Of a stretch of 64,000 nt of DNA, positions 19,255 to 28,704 are shown piece after piece; position 1 is the first letter of the stretch, and each line of letters opens with the position of its first letter. The position numbers were made by a program, and so were the translations under genes. Source of the stretch: an uncultured Alphaproteobacteria bacterium (GTDB taxonomy: Bacteria > Pseudomonadota > Alphaproteobacteria > Rhizobiales > Beijerinckiaceae); NCBI GenBank assembly GCA_963717215.1, contig CAVQVS010000013.1, forward strand, positions 229,073-293,072, given 5' to 3'. The notes beneath the pieces are model-generated. The model did no database searches, was not told the origin of the DNA, and saw only the letters and a list, made by a program, of their open reading frames with translations.

Positions 19255-19593
19255 TGGTGCGGGCGGCCGGACTTGAACCGGCACAGGCCTTGCGGCCCTA
19301 CGGATTTTCTTACCAGCTACGGCTTTCGCCGTCTCACATTCGCGAGGTTCGCGACTGTGAGTTTGTGGTCTGGACTATCCCTTCACCGTGACGTTCGCCC
19401 GGTGAGGCGTTCGCTGTAGGTGCTGCCCGTCTAGTCTCTACACCTTCCCGCCGGACGTTCGTCCTGCGGGCTTGGCTCGGGATTGCCACTTGCGAGGTTT
19501 CCCCGACTTTGAGCAGTTCTGCCTCTTCGGTTTCCCGAAGGGCACTCAAATCGCGTTTAAGTCCGTTGCGTCTACCAATTTCGCCACGCCCGC
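19255..19593 (-). tRNA. tRNA-Leu(UAA) interrupted by a group I intron (exons 19559-19593 and 19255-19308)
   Basis: The joined exons give GCGGGCG-UG-GCG-AAAUUGGUAGA-CGC-A-ACGGA-CUUAAAA-UCCGU, then a long variable arm (GGCC-GCAA-GGCC), then GCCGG-UUCAAGU-CCGGC-CGCCCGC-A-CCA. Confidence 0.9.
19309..19558 (-). ncRNA. Group I intron (IC3-like), inserted between U34 and A35
   Basis: P1 pairs ACUU|AA with UUGAGU, giving a U.G pair at the splice site. P10 pairs GAUUU with AAAUC. P2 is CUUCGG-GAAA-CCGAAG. Core strings GGGGAAACC, GAGCCAAG, GAAGGUGUAGAGACUAGACGG and AGGGAUAGUCC are present, and the 3'-terminal base is G. Confidence 0.85.
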
Positions 19594-19639
19594 GTACCGT
19601 TAAATCTTATAGGCTTTGAGCCGGATTCGACCAAGAAGA

Positions 19640-19870
19640 TTATCGCGGATCGCCCTCGGGACGGCGACCGCGTTTTTTAGGGGTTTCCTTTGGTGTTGGC
19701 CGGTCTTTGAGGATCGGAGCCATCTTCGATTTGCGCACATTGATGGCCGAAGCGTCGGGGCTTGTTTTGATGTGGGAGGCGTAATACTTCTGGATCATCT
19801 CGACACTGGTGCGACAGTTTTTCGCGATCTGATAGATGTCGCCCCACCATAAAGCGAAGACAGATGTAGG
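19640..19870 (-). pseudogene. C-terminal stub of a tyrosine recombinase (phage-type integrase)
   Basis: WWGDIYQIAKNCRTSVEMIQKYYASHIKTSPDASAINV matches integrase C-termini. The catalytic core upstream is missing. Confidence 0.6.
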
Positions 19871-19918
19871 TGTGGCGAAGGCTGTAAGCCGTTCGCCGCT
19901 GGCCTTCACTTTATCGGC

Positions 19919-19957
19919 TTCTAAGTCCCTTGCGTCTACCGGTTTCGCCACGTCCGC
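19919..19957 (-). other. Orphan 5' half of a second tRNA-Leu (anticodon-loop CUUAGAA), ends in the anticodon loop
   Basis: GCGGACGUGGCGAAACCGGUAGACGCAAGGGACUUAGAA aligns with the true 5' exon at about 33 of 39 positions. No matching 3' half follows. Confidence 0.6.
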
Positions 19958-19997
19958 ATCGAGCGCGCTTCTTTCACGTTTTGCGTCGAAAATGAAC

Positions 19998-20498
19998 TTA
20001 GCCGCCTTTGTCGTTGGCGATCGGCGGCTGAAAGGCGAGCCCCATATCCCAGGGGAAGTAGATCCATGTGTCCTGGGACACTTCGGTGACGAAGGTGTCG
20101 ACCAGCGGGCGACCTAAGGGTTTTGCGTAGACGGTGGCGAAATGCGCTTTGGGCAACATCTCGCGCACCAATTTGGCGGTGGCGCCGGTGTCGACCAAAT
20201 CGTCAACGATCAGGATCTTCTCTCCGTCATCAAGATTGGAGACTTCGAGAGCGATCGTCTTGAGGACCTTGAGACCGCCCTGTGTCTTGTAGTCGTGATA
20301 GGAGGCGATGCTCACCGTCTCGATCACCCGCACCTCGAGCTCACGCGCAACGATCGCCGCCGGCACGAGACCGCCGCGGGTGATGGCGACGATCGCGTTG
20401 AAGGGCCCTGATGAGGCAAGCCGCCAGGCCAACGCCCGTGCGTCCCTGTGGAACTGGTCCCACGAAACCGGAAATGCCTTGTCACGGGGGGCGTTCAC
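19998..20498 (-). CDS. gpt: Xanthine-guanine phosphoribosyltransferase
   Basis: [19 protein letters not shown]...[15 protein letters not shown] (PRPP-binding motif); 166 aa. Confidence 0.9.
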   Translation of the reverse strand: MNAPRDKAFPVSWDQFHRDARALAWRLASSGPFNAIVAITRGGLVPAAIVARELEVRVIETVSIASYHDYKTQGGLKVLKTIALEVSNLDDGEKILIVDDLVDTGATAKLVREMLPKAHFATVYAKPLGRPLVDTFVTEVSQDTWIYFPWDMGLAFQPPIANDKGG

Positions 20499-20603
20499 AA
20501 GTGGCTCCTTGGCAAAAGATTCGCCTTCCTAACAAGTGCGATGACCGCGACCCGTAGTCGCTCTCGATTAACATTTTTTACAATGCTGGCTTCGGGTCGG
20601 CGC

Positions 20604-21356
20604 CTAGCGCGTCGCCCCGTCCCTAGACAGTTCCGCGACCATGGCTTCGACGGCGCGACGCGCCGCGGTGACCGCTTCCGCGTCCTTGCCGCGCACTACG
20701 ATCTGATTGCTGAAGCGCCCGTCCTTGAACGACGGATAGGAGCCGATCGCCGCAAGCGGATGGGCTGAGGCGATCGCGCCCAACGCCTCGCCATACAATC
20801 CCTCCGGGAGGCTCCCCGCAGGAACAGTCTCGACAAGCATCACCGCGCCGGTCTTCATCGTCTTGACGGCGAAGTCGAGCATGGCCTGCATGACCGCCGG
20901 GACGCCGGCAAGCACAAACACATTGCCGATGCGAAAGCCCGGCGCTCGGGAGATGGGGTTCTCGATGAGGTCGGCCCCCTTGGGGACGCGCGCCATGCGC
21001 CGGCGCGCAGGCGTGAGATCGCTGGGGGCGTAGCGCTCAAGCATGATGGCGATCGCCCTTGGATCCTCGCCGACAGGCACGCCAAACGCGCGCCCGACCA
21101 AATCTGCGGTGATGTCGTCGTGGGTCGGACCAATTCCTCCCGTCGTGACCACATAATCATAGCGCTCCCTAAGGGCGTTGAGAGCCGCGACGATCTCGTC
21201 CTCGACGTCGGGGACGACCCGCGCTTCCTGGACATCGACGCCGATCTTCGCCAGATATTCGGCGATATAGCCCAGGTTGCGGTCCTTCGTACGCCCCGAG
21301 AGGATTTCGTCGCCGATCACCAGGACGGCGGCGGTTACAGTCCTTTGTCCGCCCAT
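20604..21356 (-). CDS. CinA-N-terminal / MoCF-biosynthesis (molybdopterin-binding) domain protein
   Basis: AAVLVIGDEILSGRTKDRNLGYIAEYL...VVTTGGIGPTHDDITAD. Confidence 0.8.
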   Translation of the reverse strand: MGGQRTVTAAVLVIGDEILSGRTKDRNLGYIAEYLAKIGVDVQEARVVPDVEDEIVAALNALRERYDYVVTTGGIGPTHDDITADLVGRAFGVPVGEDPRAIAIMLERYAPSDLTPARRRMARVPKGADLIENPISRAPGFRIGNVFVLAGVPAVMQAMLDFAVKTMKTGAVMLVETVPAGSLPEGLYGEALGAIASAHPLAAIGSYPSFKDGRFSNQIVVRGKDAEAVTAARRAVEAMVAELSRDGATR

Positions 21357-21522
21357 GCTGGCGTGTTCCCCTGTCGCTGATCCCAGCGGAGCATAGCCGG
21401 CCTCGTGGCCGCGGCAAGTGAACCATCGTTCAAGAAAAAAGGCGCCCTCCCCCGAAGGGAGGCCGCCCAACTCTTTTCCCTTGCGGTCAGGCGGACCGCA
21501 AGGGCCGGACCAGATGACGCCC

Positions 21523-22108
21523 TCAGGCTGCCTTGAACGAAGCGCGTTTTCGATACGCAACCGCGCCGAGGCCAACGAAGCCCAGTATCATCATCGCCCA
21601 GGTCGCCGGCTCAGGCACGCCCGGGGTAGGCGGAGGAACGCCGCCGCCGTCGATCGAGAGCACCGATTTCCCAAGCGTCACGACCCAACCGTCGTTGTTC
21701 GCGTCAATGTGGATCTGCACTTGCAGTCCGGTAGCCACATCAGGGAACAGGCTCATCGGGATGGAAAAGTCGTTGCCGTAATCCCACTCGTCGTTGGCGC
21801 CCGTAAGCGTGCCGAGAACTCGTCGACGAGTCGTAAGCAGAGATTTGATCGACCTCGCCGCAGCAGGAGTCGACGTCAAACGCGCTGACAAAAAGATCCG
21901 CAGTCGTGAAGGGGCCTGCGATCGCGCCGTGTTGCCAACTCCAATCCTGGCCGAAACTCCTGTAGTAAGGAGAATCGTACTTCTGCGCGTCAGTCGGCAC
22001 AAAGTAACCCGTGGGCGCTTGGACGACGTCAGAAAAGCCCGCTGCTTCCACGGCCGACGTTCCCATTAGACCAACGGCGCACGTGGCGCCCAAAAGCAAC
22101 TTCCTCAT
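21523..22108 (-). pseudogene. PEP-CTERM sorting-domain protein, frame broken once
   Basis: The N-terminal part with signal peptide MRKLLLGATCAVGLMGTSAVEA is in ORF 21740..22204. The C-terminal part ending VPEPATWAMMILGFVGLGAVAYRKR is in ORF 21523..22002. The switch is at plus-strand GAACTC 21816-21821. Confidence 0.7.
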
Positions 22109-22455
22109 TTCCAACCTTTTCCCCCGTTTGAATGGCCGAATGACCCGAGTCGCCATGGCTACGGTTGACCCACGGCTGGCGCGATTTGAGCGTTGCCGGG
22201 ACATCTTCGCAATCGGTGAAACTACCCAAGCCGGCGCTGGCTTCGTAGTCAGCAGGAGTAATTAGTAAAACACCTGTTGATCGTGCGACAATCAAAATTT
22301 GAGACGCTGTGTGGCTTGCTTGGCGGGCCATTGCGGGCCTGTCGACCGGAAATCACGGGGGGTTTGCAGGCGAAGCCCACGGTTAGGCCGCTTGTCTTCG
22401 GCGCGAGCCAGCGCAATATGTGTAGAGTTTCAGGAATATCGGTCAAGGAACCCTG

Positions 22456-23286
22456 GTGGTGTCGACGACATTTGTGCTGGCAAACGAAAAGGTTGGCCGC
22501 CGCAGCGGCCAGATCCGTCTGCATGGGTCAGAAGACTTCGCCGCGATGCGGAAGGCCAGCGCGCTGACCGCGGAAGCGCTCGATCTGATCGGTCCGCTCG
22601 TCAAACCGGGGGTCACGACGGCGAGCCTCGACCGGTTCGCGTTCGAATTCGCGCGCGACCACGACGCCTACCCGGCGTCCCTGAACTACCGCGGCTATCG
22701 CAAATCGATCTGCACGTCGATCAATCATGTCGTGTGCCACGGCATTCCTGACGAGAAACCCCTGCGCGACGGCGACATCCTCAATGTCGACGTGACCCTG
22801 ATCGTCGACGGCTGGCATGGGGACGCGAGCCGCATGTTCGTCGCCGGGGAGGCCTCCCGGCGGGCGCAACGGCTGATCGACGTAACCTACGAGGCGATGA
22901 TGCGCGGCATCGAAGCGATCAAGCCCGGCGGGACGACAGGCGACATTGGTTACGCCATTCAGACCTACGCCGAGGCCGAGCGATGTTCGGTCGTGCGCGA
23001 CTTTTGTGGCCACGGACTGGGGAGGCTCTTTCACGACGAGCCGAATATCCTGCATGTTGGCCGAAAAGGGGAAGGCGTGCCCCTTCGCCCCGGCATGTTC
23101 TTCACCGTCGAGCCAATGATCAATCTTGGCGGCTACGGGGTGAAGATTCTCGCAGATGGTTGGACGGCCGTGACGCGCGATCGGTCGCTGTCTGCGCAGT
23201 TCGAGCATACCGTCGGTGTTACGGAGACCGGATGCGAGATTTTCACCCTCTCGCCCACCGGAGCCGATCGCGCGCCGATCCGATGA
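22456..23286 (+). CDS. map: Type I methionine aminopeptidase
   Basis: [34 protein letters not shown] and EHTV motifs. Confidence 0.95.
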   Translation: MVSTTFVLANEKVGRRSGQIRLHGSEDFAAMRKASALTAEALDLIGPLVKPGVTTASLDRFAFEFARDHDAYPASLNYRGYRKSICTSINHVVCHGIPDEKPLRDGDILNVDVTLIVDGWHGDASRMFVAGEASRRAQRLIDVTYEAMMRGIEAIKPGGTTGDIGYAIQTYAEAERCSVVRDFCGHGLGRLFHDEPNILHVGRKGEGVPLRPGMFFTVEPMINLGGYGVKILADGWTAVTRDRSLSAQFEHTVGVTETGCEIFTLSPTGADRAPIR

Positions 23287-24104
23287 CCTCGGGAGCCGAT
23301 CGCGACGGCAAGGCTTATCATCCGCGCCGCGCGAGACGCACTCAGCTGCACGAGGCTGGCGGGTCGGCGCTCGCGCAACTTCAACCGCAGTCGCCCTCCA
23401 ATCTCGCGGTCCCCGAAGGCGGTGAAGGCGAAACGCCCCATTATCACGGGCATCGCGAGCGGCTGCGCTCCCGCCTGAGGGAAGCGGGTCAGGCCGCCCT
23501 TGCCGATTATGAACTCCTCGAACTCATTCTTTTTCGCGCGATCCCGCGACGCGATGTGAAGCCTATCGCCAAGAACCTGATCGCCCGTTTCGGCTCCTTC
23601 GGCGAAGTCATCGCGGCCGATTCCGGAAGGCTCGCTGAAATCGAGGGCATGAGCGCCGGCGCCATCTCGGAGTTCAAGGTCGTCGAGGCGGCCGCCCAAC
23701 GCTTCGCGAAGGGCGCGGTCAAGAAGCGGCTGCCGCTTGGCTCGTGGAGCGAGGTGATCGACTATTGCCGCACGTCAATGGCGTTCGAAGGCCGGGAAAG
23801 CTTCCGTATCCTGTTCCTCGACAAGAAGAACGGCCTTATCGCCGACGAGGTTCAGGGGCGAGGCACCGTCGACCACACCCCGGTCTATCCGCGCGAGGTC
23901 ATGCGCCGGGCGCTGGAATTGTCGGCAACCGCGATTGTCCTTGTTCACAACCATCCGTCCGGCGATCCGACGCCATCGACGCAAGACATCAAGATGACGT
24001 TGGACATCATCGCGATCGCCAAATCACTGGGCGTCGCCGTGCATGACCACATCGTCGTCGGACGCAACGGACATGCCTCGCTGAAGGGCATGCGGCTTAT
24101 CTGA
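23283..24104 (+). CDS. radC: RadC-family JAMM-domain protein
   Basis: [10 protein letters not shown]..., LELILF, and [17 protein letters not shown] (JAMM motif). ATG 23283 overlaps the map TGA (ATGA). Confidence 0.9.
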   Translation: MTSGADRDGKAYHPRRARRTQLHEAGGSALAQLQPQSPSNLAVPEGGEGETPHYHGHRERLRSRLREAGQAALADYELLELILFRAIPRRDVKPIAKNLIARFGSFGEVIAADSGRLAEIEGMSAGAISEFKVVEAAAQRFAKGAVKKRLPLGSWSEVIDYCRTSMAFEGRESFRILFLDKKNGLIADEVQGRGTVDHTPVYPREVMRRALELSATAIVLVHNHPSGDPTPSTQDIKMTLDIIAIAKSLGVAVHDHIVVGRNGHASLKGMRLI

Positions 24105-24299
24105 CACAGAGTAGCGGGATCCGGGTCGGGGGCCTTATGCGGTGCTTCAATCATGCAAATTTTGTATAGATTAGACTGCAGTAAGAGCCAATAGACGGGA
24201 TTAAATGCGCCTAAACGTTAGCAAAATAGCTTGCATTTCCGAGCGATCAAAGACCAAGCGCGCAAAGGCGCTCGAAAGTCTTGAAGGTCAGGCAGCCGA

Positions 24300-25090
24300 A
24301 CTCGGCTCAGGACTCATGATCACAGCCAGAAGACGACAGCTGCGGCGATGCAGATTGCGGAGAAGTAGGCGTGTGCGCAACGATCGTATCGGGTGTGGAT
24401 GCGTCTCCAGTCCTTGAGCCTCCCGAACATGTTCTCAATTCTGTGGCGCTGTTTGTAGAGGACGGCGTCGTGGGGGATCGGCGGCTTTGCGGTTGGATTT
24501 TGAGGGGATGCAGGCAGCGATTTTGCGGTTCGCGAGCGCCTCACGGAACCAATCGGCGTCATAGCCCTTGTCGGCGAGAAGCGCCTTGGCTCCAGGCATG
24601 GCGGGCAGCATCTACGCCGCGCCCTTGAGGTCGCTCATCTGGCCTTCGCTGAGCAACATCACGCGCGGTCGGCCTTTGCCGACGCAAACCGCGTGAAGTT
24701 TGGAGTTCAAGCCCCCTTTCGGGCGTCCGATACGTCGGGGAACTGGCCCTTTTTTAAAAGGCTGGCGGCGGTGCGATGCGCCTTCAGATGCGTGGCGTCG
24801 ATCATGATCCGCTCAGCCTTGCCGCCCTTGCGCGCCAGTTCGGCGAAGATCTTGTCGAATACCCCCAGCCGGCTCGAGCGGATGAACCGATTGTAGATCG
24901 TCTTGTGCGGGCCATATTCCCCCCGGGGCGTCGCGCCAGCGAAGTCCATTCTGATCAGGAACACGATGGCGCTCACAACGCGCCCGTCATCTACCCGTGC
25001 GACCGTGCGACGCCGGAAAAAACCCCTCGATCCGGCGCATCTGCGCCTCAGAAAGCAAAAACAAATCAGACATGGCGAAGCCTCGGCTCG
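24300..25090 (-). mobile_element. IS5-family (IS427-group) insertion sequence, transposase decayed
   Basis: MSDLFLLSEAQMRRIEGFFP, EYGPHKTIYNRF and IDATHLKAHRTA are present, with an A-AAA-AAG slippery site. Further on come KGYDADWFREAL and YKQRHRIENMFGRLKDWRRIHTRYDRC. There is an in-frame TAG plus extra frame breaks. The ends are approximate. Confidence 0.8.
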
Positions 25091-25610
25091 CCTCGGAATC
25101 AGCCAATCCAACCCCATGCAAGAAATTTAACAGGTCCTCGGCCTAGGTGGACATCGGAAATTTGAAGTCCATCCGACTTTCAGTGGGCATCCGGCCCCAT
25201 CACACATTGCTCGTCGCTGACCCGCGGACGAAAGCCCTGTCCAATCCATGCGCCCGGACCGAGCCGCCAAAGTCCGGCAACTCATAGACGTCGGCTTGAT
25301 GTCGCGATAGCGCATGTCGAGCTTGTCGACGACCTTAGCCAGCAGCGGCGAGCTCGGAATTTGAGCGCGCTTCGCACGGGTGCATGTAGGACGTACCCTG
25401 GTCGGTACAGATCCGCACCGGCCGAACCACCAACCCCACCGCCACTCTGACCGCATGCAACTTCACAATGGTGGGACACTTTGCCCTGCACAGCCCTGCA
25501 ACTGTGTGCCACGATTGAGTGTCCCAGTTTTAGCTAAGTGATTGACAAGGCAGCATCAGGCAACTACCTCCTCTCCTGCCATCTGCGGCTTCTCGCCGGA
25601 GGAGACTCGA

Positions 25611-25684
25611 GCGGGCGTAGTTCAATGGTAGAACGGAAGCTTCCCAAGCTTCATACGAGGGTTCGATTCCCTTCGCCCGCTCCA
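25611..25684 (+). tRNA. tRNA-Gly(CCC)
   Basis: GCGGGCG-UA-GUUC-AAUGGUA-GAAC-G-GAAGC-UUCCCAA-GCUUC-AUAC-GAGGG-UUCGAUU-CCCUU-CGCCCGC-U-CCA. Confidence 0.95.
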
Positions 25685-26217
25685 TCCTAAGCTGATTGCG
25701 GACTGGAAATGCTGCGGAATTTCCGAACTCGTTGTCCACGGCTTCAACAGTCCGGCGGATGAGCCGGCATTTTCACCTCTAATTCACGGTGAGGAACGGT
25801 CTTCAATCATTAAGACCATAGTCTGATATTATATGGATTGTTCAGGTCTTTACAGTGAAGACTGGTTTTAACGTAATAAGCAGGCCGGTAAACGCTCTCG
25901 GTAAAGACGGAGCTTGGCGTGCTGTCGACGTCGTGCGTATCTACGGCAGCGATCCCCTGGCCGTTGCGTTGCCCGAGCATGTCAACGACGAAGGCGTCGC
26001 TCCATTGCTAGGGCGACAGCTGCGATGGCGCCGGCTCTGAAGCCGACGAACCGATCGTTCGGAAAGGCGAGAAACTTTCCGCCCGTGCAAGCTCAGCGAG
26101 GTCGCTGAAACGCGGAAAGAAACATAAAAATCGCGTTGGTCGCCATCACGCCTGCCAAACTCGCGTACCCGAAGGGTAACGCTTTGCAAGCGTGGCCTGG
26201 GCGCAAAGACGGTGAAC

Positions 26218-26598
26218 TTATTTCACTTCCGTCCAGCCAACCGTCTTGCACAGGAGGCGAGCCAGCACGCACCCTTTCGTCTTCATGGTCTGGCTTCCCA
26301 CCGTCACGTCAACTGAATACGACATTCCTCGCTTGGGATCGAATGCGGTGCCGGAAAACTCAGTGTCTGACGACCGCTTCAACGACATGATCAGTTTGTC
26401 GCCTGGAGCCTCGCCTCTGCTCGTGTCGCGTATCCAAACGTTCGTCGCACACGTCTTGTCACCACACGACGCGATTCTCACTCGCGCATTGCCGTCGTCT
26501 CGTGCCCAAACGCCATCCATATTGGCCGCTTGAGCCGTCGTCATTTGTGCGAAGGCGAGGCAGAGCGCAACGGAAGCGTGTCGCAGCCCGGTCAGCAT
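26218..26598 (-). CDS. DUF2147-like secreted protein
   Basis: Signal peptide MLTGLRHASVALCLAFAQMTTAQA, then GVWARDDGNARVRIASCGDKTCATNVW...GTAFDPKRGMSY. Confidence 0.7.
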   Translation of the reverse strand: MLTGLRHASVALCLAFAQMTTAQAANMDGVWARDDGNARVRIASCGDKTCATNVWIRDTSRGEAPGDKLIMSLKRSSDTEFSGTAFDPKRGMSYSVDVTVGSQTMKTKGCVLARLLCKTVGWTEVK

Positions 26599-26698
26599 GA
26601 CTAAGCCCTCATAGTGTCTTATCTCTCCTTTTCGTACGTGCGCGGTGTGATCCAGTTTCAATGAGGCGGCGTACAATTGGATAAGGTTGAGGATCGGC

Positions 26699-27109
26699 AT
26701 GCAAGTTTATGGAGCGGCGTGGGTCGCAGCGGCGGTTGTTTTCCTTAGCCTGGACGCCGTCTGGCTTAGCTTCAGCGCTTCGCTTCTCTATCGGCCTCTG
26801 CTCGGAGGCCTGCTGCGGGAGGATTTTCTCCTCGCGCCGGCGGCGTTGTTCTATTTGATCTACACAATCGGCATCGTCGTCTTCGCAGTTTCGCCTGCTT
26901 TGGCCACGGGCCGGTGGTCGACGGCCGGTCTTCGCGGTGTATCGCTAGGCCTGTTCGGCTATGCAGTTTACGACCTGACCAATCAGGCGACGCTTCGGGA
27001 CTGGCCGATGGCCGTGACGGTCGCCGACCTTCTATGGGGGACGTTTCTGACCGCCGTCGCCGCGATAGCGGGTCTATTCGCGGCCCGCGCAGTCGGAACT
27101 CCGAGATAA
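26699..27109 (+). CDS. DUF2177-like small membrane protein
   Basis: Four hydrophobic helices; LSLDAVWLSF...YDLTNQATLRDWP. Confidence 0.65.
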   Translation: MQVYGAAWVAAAVVFLSLDAVWLSFSASLLYRPLLGGLLREDFLLAPAALFYLIYTIGIVVFAVSPALATGRWSTAGLRGVSLGLFGYAVYDLTNQATLRDWPMAVTVADLLWGTFLTAVAAIAGLFAARAVGTPR

Positions 27110-27115
27110 CCCAGC

Positions 27116-27715
27116 TCAGTCCTTAACCAAACCAGAGAGCATAAATCCCAGGACAGTCACGAGCGCGCTGGCGCTCAACGCGTTCAATCGACAGAAGGCG
27201 GCGTATTCCGTTTGCGAATAGACGTGGATCGGGACGGATGCATAGCCCTCGATCCCAAGGAAGATCACAAGAGCCAGTGCGAGCAGCGCGAAGGCAAAGA
27301 CTCTTTCAGACGGTCGGAAAAAAGCGGCGGCAATCAATGCGCACGGGACAATAAACATTGCCACGCCGGAGGCTGCGCCGAATGCCTTTGTGCTCACAAC
27401 GACATTGGCAAGGCCGGTCAACGGTAGAAGCGCGCGCCCGAAAACCGGAGATCGTCGCGAGATCGCGGGGATCGCCAGGAACAGCGGGGTTGAAAGAAAC
27501 GTCAGTAATGTTGCCGCGATATGTGGGCTCACCGACAAATATACGTACAGCGGATAAAACGGCTGGTTCGAGGCGACCAGCAGGGCAATTGTATTGCAGC
27601 TCGCGACGCGCGGATCGGGGTTCGCCGCGTAGGCGCCGACCCAGCGCCAAACGTCGCGCGCAACGGCGCCGAAGGCCGTCAAGTCGGCCGCAGACGATAG
27701 TGACTGACGCCCCAT
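27116..27715 (-). CDS. Integral membrane protein, family not recognised
   Basis: Five to six hydrophobic helices. It is the last gene of the minus-strand sigma/ChrR-DUF1295-CFA string. The start is uncertain because it overlaps the 3' end of the CFA-synthase gene. Confidence 0.45.
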   Translation of the reverse strand: MGRQSLSSAADLTAFGAVARDVWRWVGAYAANPDPRVASCNTIALLVASNQPFYPLYVYLSVSPHIAATLLTFLSTPLFLAIPAISRRSPVFGRALLPLTGLANVVVSTKAFGAASGVAMFIVPCALIAAAFFRPSERVFAFALLALALVIFLGIEGYASVPIHVYSQTEYAAFCRLNALSASALVTVLGFMLSGLVKD

Positions 27716-28704
27716 TCCTGTCCATTGGCGTGCCCGAACAGGCCTGCTGTAGCCAGGAAGAAGAGACGCCAGCGACGCCGCCATAGATCCGCGTCGGCGC
27801 CATAGACCTCAGCCAAGATTGCGTCGATTGCGGTCTTGTTCGCGTCGAAATTGTCAAGCCATTGGAGGGCGGTCCTTCGATAGTGGCGCCCGGTCCAACG
27901 CCAATCCTGCTCGACCGCGAGAAACTCCGAAAGTCGCATCATCAGCCCATGACTCGGCATGATGCCGCCAGTGAAGAAATGCTGCGCAATCCAATCGGCA
28001 TCATCGCCGTGATCGAAACGATAGGGTCTGCTGCGATGGGTGAACACATGGACGAAGAGCCGCCCATCCACGGCGAGCCAGGCGCGGATCCGCGCCAGCA
28101 ATTCACTCCAGTTCGACATGTGCTCGAACATCTCAACCGAAACGACGCGGTCGTAAACCTGTCCTGGCTCAAAGCTGTTCATGTCGGCGGTTATGATGCG
28201 CAGGTTTTGAAGGCGACGTTCGGCCGCGGCGCGTTCGATGAAGCGCCGCTGCGAGACTGAGTTCGACACCGCTGTGATGCGCGCCAATGGAAAGCGCTCC
28301 GCCATGAACAGACTGAGCGAGCCCCAGCCGCACCCGAGTTCCAGAATTCGCTGTCCCTCTTTGAGGTCGGCACGCTCGACCGTTGCTTCAAGGGCGAGGG
28401 TCTCAGCTTCAGCGAGCGTTTCTTCGCCACTCGGATAAAGGCAGCAGGAATATTTTCGCGCCGGCCCGAGCGTGAGCGCGAAGAAGTCCGCGGGCAGCTC
28501 ATAATGCTGTTGGTTGGCATCCCGAACGTGCAGGGCGACTGGAAACTGATCCATTTCACGGACGAATTGGACTTCGCTCGTCCCCGCTCCACTGGAAAGC
28601 GAGCGGCTCGCCCGATCGACAAGCGCGGCCACTCCCAATTTTGAAAGACCGTCTGGGAGCGGCACGCGCTCGACAAATCGGGTCGCTGCGGCGATGAAGC
28701 TCAT
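27679..28704 (-). CDS. Cyclopropane-fatty-acyl-phospholipid-synthase-family SAM methyltransferase
   Basis: ILELGCGWGSLSLFMAE (SAM motif I), SVEMFEHM, HYELPADFF. Confidence 0.85.
   Translation of the reverse strand: MSFIAAATRFVERVPLPDGLSKLGVAALVDRASRSLSSGAGTSEVQFVREMDQFPVALHVRDANQQHYELPADFFALTLGPARKYSCCLYPSGEETLAEAETLALEATVERADLKEGQRILELGCGWGSLSLFMAERFPLARITAVSNSVSQRRFIERAAAERRLQNLRIITADMNSFEPGQVYDRVVSVEMFEHMSNWSELLARIRAWLAVDGRLFVHVFTHRSRPYRFDHGDDADWIAQHFFTGGIMPSHGLMMRLSEFLAVEQDWRWTGRHYRRTALQWLDNFDANKTAIDAILAEVYGADADLWRRRWRLFFLATAGLFGHANGQEWGVSHYRLRPT

Noticed and set aside
19334-19549. 71-aa ORF inside the group I intron, considered as a possible homing endonuclease
   Set aside because: It has no LAGLIDADG, GIY-YIG, HNH or His-Cys box features. 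It overlaps conserved intron core helices and starts with TTG. It is treated as spurious.
25140-25520. Suspected integrase/transposase fragment (VRICTDQGTSYMHP..., LAKVVDKLDMRYRDIKP)
   Set aside because: It has only vague resemblance to rve-type cores, is scattered over frames and has no diagnostic DDE spacing. It is left unannotated.
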